Assembly: GCA_937923575.1 (NCBI GenBank)
Contig: CALDUL010000029.1
Coordinates: 12,995 to 76,994, forward strand
Length of the DNA stretch: 64,000 bases
Reading direction: 5' to 3'
Origin: an uncultured Algimonas sp.
GTDB lineage: Bacteria > Pseudomonadota > Alphaproteobacteria > Caulobacterales > Maricaulaceae
The notes beneath the pieces were generated by a model. That model saw only the letters and a list, made by a program, of their open reading frames with translations. It was not told the DNA's origin and ran no database searches. Positions 59,144 through 64,000 of this stretch are shown here, in pieces; the stretch's first letter is position 1, and each line of letters begins with the position of its first letter. Position numbers and translations under genes: made by a program.

Positions 59144-59356
59144 CTAGCCGTCGAGGTCTTGCTGCAGGATGGAGATGTTCAGGTCATAGGACACATCATT
59201 CGGATCTTCGTCATCGATGTAGAGCAGGCCGAGAATTTCGTCATTGAGGTAGACTTCGACGCTGTCCTGTACCTTGCGCGGCTTCAGCGTGATGGCTTCG
59301 GAGCCAAACCGCTTGCACAGATAATCGCGCACGGACTTCATTTGTTCGGGTTTCAT
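59144..59356 (-). CDS. DUF3126 family protein
   Basis: YL..F..DSVEVY..E.LG..DDED..SY pattern; position next to cysE. Confidence 0.75.
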   Translation of the reverse strand: MKPEQMKSVRDYLCKRFGSEAITLKPRKVQDSVEVYLNDEILGLLYIDDEDPNDVSYDLNISILQQDLDG

Positions 59357-59380
59357 GTGTCGTCTTTCGAGGTGGATCGC

Positions 59381-60214
59381 TCAGGCGATTGTCTGGTCCA
59401 TCGCTGCAGCGGGGTCGCCGCAGGAACCGCCGACAGGCTTTGCCGGAACACCGGCCACGGTGCAATTCTCCGGCACAGGTTTGAGCACGACAGAGCCGGC
59501 CGCGACCTTCGCGCCGTCGCCGATCACAATATTGCCGAGAACAGAGGCATTGGCACCGATCAGGACGCGGTCGCCGATCTTGGGATGACGGTCCTCATCC
59601 GACTTGCCTGTTCCTCCGAGGGTCACGCCTTGCAGGATGGAGCAATCGTCGCCGATCCGCGCCGTCTCGCCCATGACGAAGCCCGTCGCGTGATCGAGCA
59701 TGATGCCGCATCCGATATGGGCGGCCGGGTTGATGTCGACTTGGAACAGCTCGCTGCTGCGCGACTGCAGGTGATAGGCGACAAGATCCCTGCCCGCGCT
59801 GTGCAGAGCATGGGCGAAGCGGTGTGTCTGAATGGCAAGGAATCCCTTGAAATAGAGAAAGCACTGCAGATGCGAATGACAGGCCGGATCGCGCTGCTGC
59901 ACGGCCTGCAGATCGCGCGCGATGCAGCCGACAAGCGTATCATCTGTGGCCAGCGCTTCGGTCATCACATCGCGCAGTTTCAGCGCCGACAGCTCCGGTG
60001 TCGCGAGTTTGGCCGAGAGGTGATTGACGATCGCGCCGCCGAGATCCTCCTGGTCGAGGATGGTGGCGTGAAGCAGCGAGGCCAGCGCCACCTCTTTCAC
60101 CGCATAGGCCGCCGCCTCGCGCTTGAGCGCGGACCAGACGCAGTCATCGTCGGCAGGGGCGCATGCGAGGTTCAGCTTGGACATGGGCGCGGCTGTAGCG
60201 GCGACTTGCGCCAA
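59381..60214 (-). CDS. cysE: Serine O-acetyltransferase
   Basis: RDPAC, FKGF, LDHATG, TLGGTGK..RHPKIG. Confidence 0.95.
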   Translation of the reverse strand: MAQVAATAAPMSKLNLACAPADDDCVWSALKREAAAYAVKEVALASLLHATILDQEDLGGAIVNHLSAKLATPELSALKLRDVMTEALATDDTLVGCIARDLQAVQQRDPACHSHLQCFLYFKGFLAIQTHRFAHALHSAGRDLVAYHLQSRSSELFQVDINPAAHIGCGIMLDHATGFVMGETARIGDDCSILQGVTLGGTGKSDEDRHPKIGDRVLIGANASVLGNIVIGDGAKVAAGSVVLKPVPENCTVAGVPAKPVGGSCGDPAAAMDQTIA

Positions 60215-60280
60215 GATAAACCTAAATTGCCGAAAAGCCTGCGCTGCACGGCGATTTACACGCCGTCAGGCAAGCGCCGC

Positions 60281-60736
60281 CTAGCCTCGTCCGCGATAGG
60301 GCGGCACGCCTTGATCGGGAATCCAGAGCCCCTCAGGCGGGGTGCCGTGCTGATAGAAGACGTCGATGGGAATGCCGCCGCGTGGATACCAATAGCCGCC
60401 GATACGCAACCAGACCGGGTCAATTTCCTTGACGAGGCGCTGTGCGATGCCTGTCGTGCAGGCTTCGTGAAAGTCGCCATGATTGCGATATGAGCCGAGG
60501 AAGAGCTTGAATGCCTTACTCTCCACGATCCAGTCGCGCGGGCAATAATCGACGACGAGATGCGCGAAATCCGGCTGTCCCGTCACCGGGCACATGGAGG
60601 TAAACTCCGGCGCAACCAGACGGATCATATAAGGCTCCGCGCATGGATTGGCGACGCGTTCGAGCTCCGCCTCATCCGGGCTTTGCGGCAGACCCTTCTG
60701 CTTTCCGAGTTGATCGAGTTTGTCGTAACGGCTCAT
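60281..60736 (-). CDS. queF: preQ1 synthase (7-cyano-7-deazaguanine reductase, unimodular)
   Basis: [31 protein letters not shown]; start at ATG 60736. Confidence 0.95.
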   Translation of the reverse strand: MSRYDKLDQLGKQKGLPQSPDEAELERVANPCAEPYMIRLVAPEFTSMCPVTGQPDFAHLVVDYCPRDWIVESKAFKLFLGSYRNHGDFHEACTTGIAQRLVKEIDPVWLRIGGYWYPRGGIPIDVFYQHGTPPEGLWIPDQGVPPYRGRG

Positions 60737-60830
60737 GCGCGGGCCTCTAACCGCGGCAACGCCTCGCGTCCACAGCCGCCACTGCGACATGGCTGCAACT
60801 TGGCTGCGCGCAAAATTACGCGGAATTCAC

Positions 60831-60856
60831 GAAACAACGCGACTCCGCGCGCCGTT
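60831..60856 (+). promoter_or_regulatory. EcfG/SigT-like promoter (1 mismatch)
   Basis: GAAAC-N17-CGTT versus consensus GGAAC-N16/17-CGTT. Confidence 0.45.
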
Positions 60857-60883
60857 CAGTCTGTGACACCCAAGGAGATGAGA

Positions 60884-61096
60884 ATGACTGATAGGACAAA
60901 TGGCGGCGGTTACGGCAACCCCGGCGCACAAGCGCAATCCGCACAGCAGGCCCGCGCGCAATTGACGTCACAGGCGACGTCAGAGGCGTCAGACGTGCTG
61001 CAAGAGGCGGTCACAGGCGAAGGCATGGGCCTCCACAACCAGACCGAGGCTTTCCGTTCGCAAAACCAGATTGCCTATGACGCAGAAGAAGAATAG
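60884..61096 (+). CDS. 70-aa hydrophilic Gln/Ala-rich small protein
   Basis: AAGGAG RBS at 60872-60877, 6 nt before the ATG. Confidence 0.65.
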   Translation: MTDRTNGGGYGNPGAQAQSAQQARAQLTSQATSEASDVLQEAVTGEGMGLHNQTEAFRSQNQIAYDAEEE

Positions 61097-61154
61097 CTCT
61101 TCGAAACTTCACGCGACAGTGAGCCTAAACTGATTGGTTTTCGGCCCGCCTGAT

Positions 61155-61182
61155 CTTTAAACCGGGTTTCAAATCCCCATAT
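61155..61182 (+). promoter_or_regulatory. Sigma32-type promoter of rpoH
   Basis: CTTTAA-N14-CCCCATAT versus CTTGAA-N13-17-CCCCAT. Confidence 0.6.
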
Positions 61183-61208
61183 CCTCCCACTGGAGGGAGA
61201 AAACCACC

Positions 61209-62162
61209 ATGGCTGAAACCAAAACACTGCCCGCACGCCGGGCCAAGACAGAGACAAAACGCAGCGGCAATACGGCCAAGCTGTCCGTTTCGCTGTCACC
61301 CGAACAGGGGCTGAATCGCTACCTGCAGGAAATCCGCAAGTTTCCTATGCTGGAGAAGAACCAGGAGTTCATGCTCGCCAAACGATGGGCCGAGGACGGG
61401 GACACGGACGCTGCCGAACAGATGGTCACCTCGCACCTTCGTCTCGTGGCGAAAATCGCCATGGGCTATCGCGGCTACGGCCTGCCAATTGGCGAAGTCA
61501 TTTCCGAAGGAAATGTCGGCTTGATGCAGGCGGTCAAGAAGTTCGATCCCGACCGTGGTTTCCGCCTGTCGACCTACGCCATGTGGTGGATCCGTGCCGC
61601 GATCCAGGAGTATGTCCTGCGCAGCTGGTCTCTCGTCAAAATGGGTACGACCGCCGCGCAGAAGAAGCTGTTCTTCAACCTGCGCCGCATGAAAGGCGAG
61701 ATGAAAGCCATTGAAGACGGTGATCTGAAGCCCGAGCATCTGACCAAAATCGCAACCGATCTCGGCGTAAAAGAGAGCGAAGTCATTTCGATGAACCGGC
61801 GTATGCTGGGCGGCGGCGATGCCTCGCTCAATGTGCAGATCGGCGCGGAAGATGGCTCGACGCAGTGGCAGGATTGGCTGCAGGACGACAGCGATAGTCA
61901 GGAAGACGTGCTCGGCGAGGACCAGGAGCACGACGCCCGCATGGACCTGCTGCGCGATGCCATGGCTGACCTCAACGACCGCGAGCGCGACATCTTCATG
62001 AAACGGCGCCTTGAGGAGGACAAGATGACGCTCGAAGACCTCGCCGGCGTCTATGGCGTGTCGCGCGAGCGTATCCGCCAGATCGAAGCGCGGGCGTTCG
62101 AGAAGATCCAGAAGGCGATGCTGGAAGCGGCAAGCTCGTCGGGGCTTATCGAGGCCAGTTAG
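61209..62162 (+). CDS. rpoH: RNA polymerase sigma factor RpoH
   Basis: RpoH box QKKLFFNLR, SHLRLVAKIAMGYRGYGLP, SRERIRQIE. Confidence 0.97.
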   Translation: MAETKTLPARRAKTETKRSGNTAKLSVSLSPEQGLNRYLQEIRKFPMLEKNQEFMLAKRWAEDGDTDAAEQMVTSHLRLVAKIAMGYRGYGLPIGEVISEGNVGLMQAVKKFDPDRGFRLSTYAMWWIRAAIQEYVLRSWSLVKMGTTAAQKKLFFNLRRMKGEMKAIEDGDLKPEHLTKIATDLGVKESEVISMNRRMLGGGDASLNVQIGAEDGSTQWQDWLQDDSDSQEDVLGEDQEHDARMDLLRDAMADLNDRERDIFMKRRLEEDKMTLEDLAGVYGVSRERIRQIEARAFEKIQKAMLEAASSSGLIEAS

Positions 62163-62171
62163 GGCCATTTC

Positions 62172-62197
62172 GGAACTCTGCTGTCATGTCGTCCGTT
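62172..62197 (+). promoter_or_regulatory. EcfG/SigT general-stress promoter
   Basis: Exact GGAAC-N17-CGTT, 8 nt before the ATG at 62206. Confidence 0.65.
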
Positions 62198-62205
62198 GGG
62201 GCGAC

Positions 62206-62664
62206 ATGACCGACTCAATATACAACGCCCTCGAAGCTGACCACGAGACCCAGCGAAAGCTTTGCGACGACGTTAAGGCGTCGGAGCCCGGCTCGGACTC
62301 ACGCTCGCAGCTTTGGACGACGCTCCGCAACGAGCTTGAAGCCCACGCGTCTGCTGAGGAGCAGGCCTTCTACGCCACCCTCATGGCGCATCCCAAAGGC
62401 ACGGACGACACGCGCCACGCCATCGAAGAACACCAGCAGATGCACGAAATGATCGCCAAACTGGACGCGATGGACCAAGCTGCCGACGTCTGGGACAGCC
62501 TGTTCGGCAAATTAGCCCACAAAGTCGTCCATCATGTCGATGAAGAGGAAGCGGAGTTTTTCCCGCGCGCGAAGACCATCCTGTCGAACGAGGAAGAGCG
62601 CGAGGCGGCGAAGACGTTTCAGACCCGCAAATCGGCGGAGCTGGAAAAGCAGCGGGCTGCCTAG
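62206..62664 (+). CDS. Hemerythrin (HHE) domain protein
   Basis: DH, EAHASAEEQAFY, EEH, HHVDEEE. Confidence 0.88.
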   Translation: MTDSIYNALEADHETQRKLCDDVKASEPGSDSRSQLWTTLRNELEAHASAEEQAFYATLMAHPKGTDDTRHAIEEHQQMHEMIAKLDAMDQAADVWDSLFGKLAHKVVHHVDEEEAEFFPRAKTILSNEEEREAAKTFQTRKSAELEKQRAA

Positions 62665-64000
62665 GTCACAATCGTCGTCTTGTTGATCTCGCGCGGTTTC
62701 AGCGTGACGATCTCTTCGGCAATCGTGGGATGCACGGCACAGGTCCGGTCGAAATCCGCCTTGGTGAGCTTCGCCTTGATTGCGATTCCGATCATCTGGA
62801 TCATCTCCCCACTCTCATCGCCGACCAGATGGACACCGATCACGGTCTCTTCCTCGCCCTTGGTAATCACCTTCATGAAGCAGCGTTGCGGATCGTCGGC
62901 GAGAATGTTTTTCATCGGACGGAAACCCGTTGTGTAGACTGTGAGGTCATCGCCGTAACGACGCCGCGCTTCGCCTTCGCTCAGCCCGCAGACGCCGACA
63001 GCCGGTCGGGTGAAGACGGCGGACGCAATGTCGTCGTGATCATAGGCGGTTGGATTGTCCTTATAGACCGTCTCGATCATCGCGACTGCTTCGCGGATGG
63101 CGACGGGGGTCAGATTCACCCGATTGGTCACGTCCCCGACGGCAAAGATGTTGGACTGCGTCGTCCGGGAATACTCATCGACCTTGATCGCCCCGTTCTC
63201 CTCGACCGTCACGCCAGCATTTTCGAGGCCGAGACTGTCCGTCATCGGACGCCGACCGGTCGCCATCAGCACCATGTCTGCGCCGATCTTCGTCCCATCG
63301 TCAAAAGTCGTGATCAGCCCGCCATCTGTCTTGCTGACCCTGGTCGGGCTCGTGTTGAAGCGGAGTTCGATACCGTTGTTGCGCTGCACGTCGCCGACCG
63401 CGTCGCGGACTTCGGCGTCAAAACCATTCAGCAAACGCCCCCCGCGATAAGCCTGAATGACTTGCGAGCCGAGCCCGGCGAAAACACCCGCAAACTCACA
63501 GGCGATATAGCCGCCACCGATGATCAGCATGCGCTTGGGCAGGGTTTCCAGATGGAAGAGATCGTCCGAAACAACCGTATGCTCGACGCCCGGCAGATCC
63601 GGCGACCAGGGCGAGCCGCCGACGGCGATGAGGATCGTCTCCGCGGTGAAGGTCTTCCCCGAGTCTTGTAACTTCACCGTATGCGCGTCGACAAGCGTCG
63701 CGCGCTCGCGGTGCAGCACAGCGCCGTTTTTCTCCAATATGGTTGAATAAATGCCGGACAAGCGATTGACTTCGTTCTGGATTGCGTCGCGGAGTACGGG
63801 CCACTCAAACCGGACATTGTCGGCTTTCCAGCCATAGCCTTCGGCATGCTTGATCGCCGCGCCGTAGTCCGCGCCATAGACCATGAACTTCTTGGGCACA
63901 CAGCCGCGGACGACGCAGGTGCCGCCCGGCATGGACTGCTCCGCCACGCCGACACGCTTGCCGAGCTGTGCGGCCAGCCGCCCTGCCCGCACACCGCCAG
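62661..64000 (-). CDS. gor: Glutathione-disulfide reductase (N-terminus beyond window)
   Basis: GGTCVVRGCVPKK, GGGYIACEF, LTPVAIRE, HPTIAEE. Confidence 0.93.
   Translation of the reverse strand, partial: GGVRAGRLAAQLGKRVGVAEQSMPGGTCVVRGCVPKKFMVYGADYGAAIKHAEGYGWKADNVRFEWPVLRDAIQNEVNRLSGIYSTILEKNGAVLHRERATLVDAHTVKLQDSGKTFTAETILIAVGGSPWSPDLPGVEHTVVSDDLFHLETLPKRMLIIGGGYIACEFAGVFAGLGSQVIQAYRGGRLLNGFDAEVRDAVGDVQRNNGIELRFNTSPTRVSKTDGGLITTFDDGTKIGADMVLMATGRRPMTDSLGLENAGVTVEENGAIKVDEYSRTTQSNIFAVGDVTNRVNLTPVAIREAVAMIETVYKDNPTAYDHDDIASAVFTRPAVGVCGLSEGEARRRYGDDLTVYTTGFRPMKNILADDPQRCFMKVITKGEEETVIGVHLVGDESGEMIQMIGIAIKAKLTKADFDRTCAVHPTIAEEIVTLKPREINKTTIVT

Noticed and set aside
59069-60493. 474-aa plus-strand ORF
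   Set aside because: Antisense to cysE, DUF3126 and queF, which carry clear motifs.
1-64000. tRNA/rRNA genes, IS elements, integrases, prophage
   Set aside because: Intergenic gaps are short, and I recognised no cloverleaf, transposase, integrase or phage genes. A covariance-model scan would be needed to exclude small ncRNAs.

Overview
GC-rich alphaproteobacterial chromosomal segment. Gene content and promoter motifs suggest Caulobacterales/Maricaulales, which is an inference. It holds about 65 tightly packed genes; I found no rRNA, tRNA, CRISPR array, transposase or prophage. Left end (1-9.5 kb): a translationally coupled sugar/glycoside oxidation operon under a LacI-type operator. It encodes a Gfo/Idh/MocA dehydrogenase, a xylose-isomerase-like TIM barrel, an MFS transporter, one Tat-lipoprotein small subunit and at least four tandem GMC flavoprotein paralogs; the fourth is cut by the window edge and absent from the ORF track. 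This is the best candidate for an undescribed system. The remainder is mostly housekeeping (trhO, proC, OmpR/EnvZ-like pair, ilvE, pgsA, uvrC, folB, queD/C/E/F, lgt, prs, rplY, pth, ychF, apt, cca, MoxR-DUF58-BatA cluster, recQ, asd, cysE, rpoH, gor). Interspersed accessory items: a motif-degenerate pgsA paralog, two tandem P-domain/DUF11 surface proteins, an 11-mer-repeat lipoprotein, a tandem pair of 4-Cys secreted paralogs, a GYF plus Cas2/VapD-like fusion, and a stress cluster with RpoH- and EcfG-type promoters. All family calls come from motif recognition by eye; no database searches were run.
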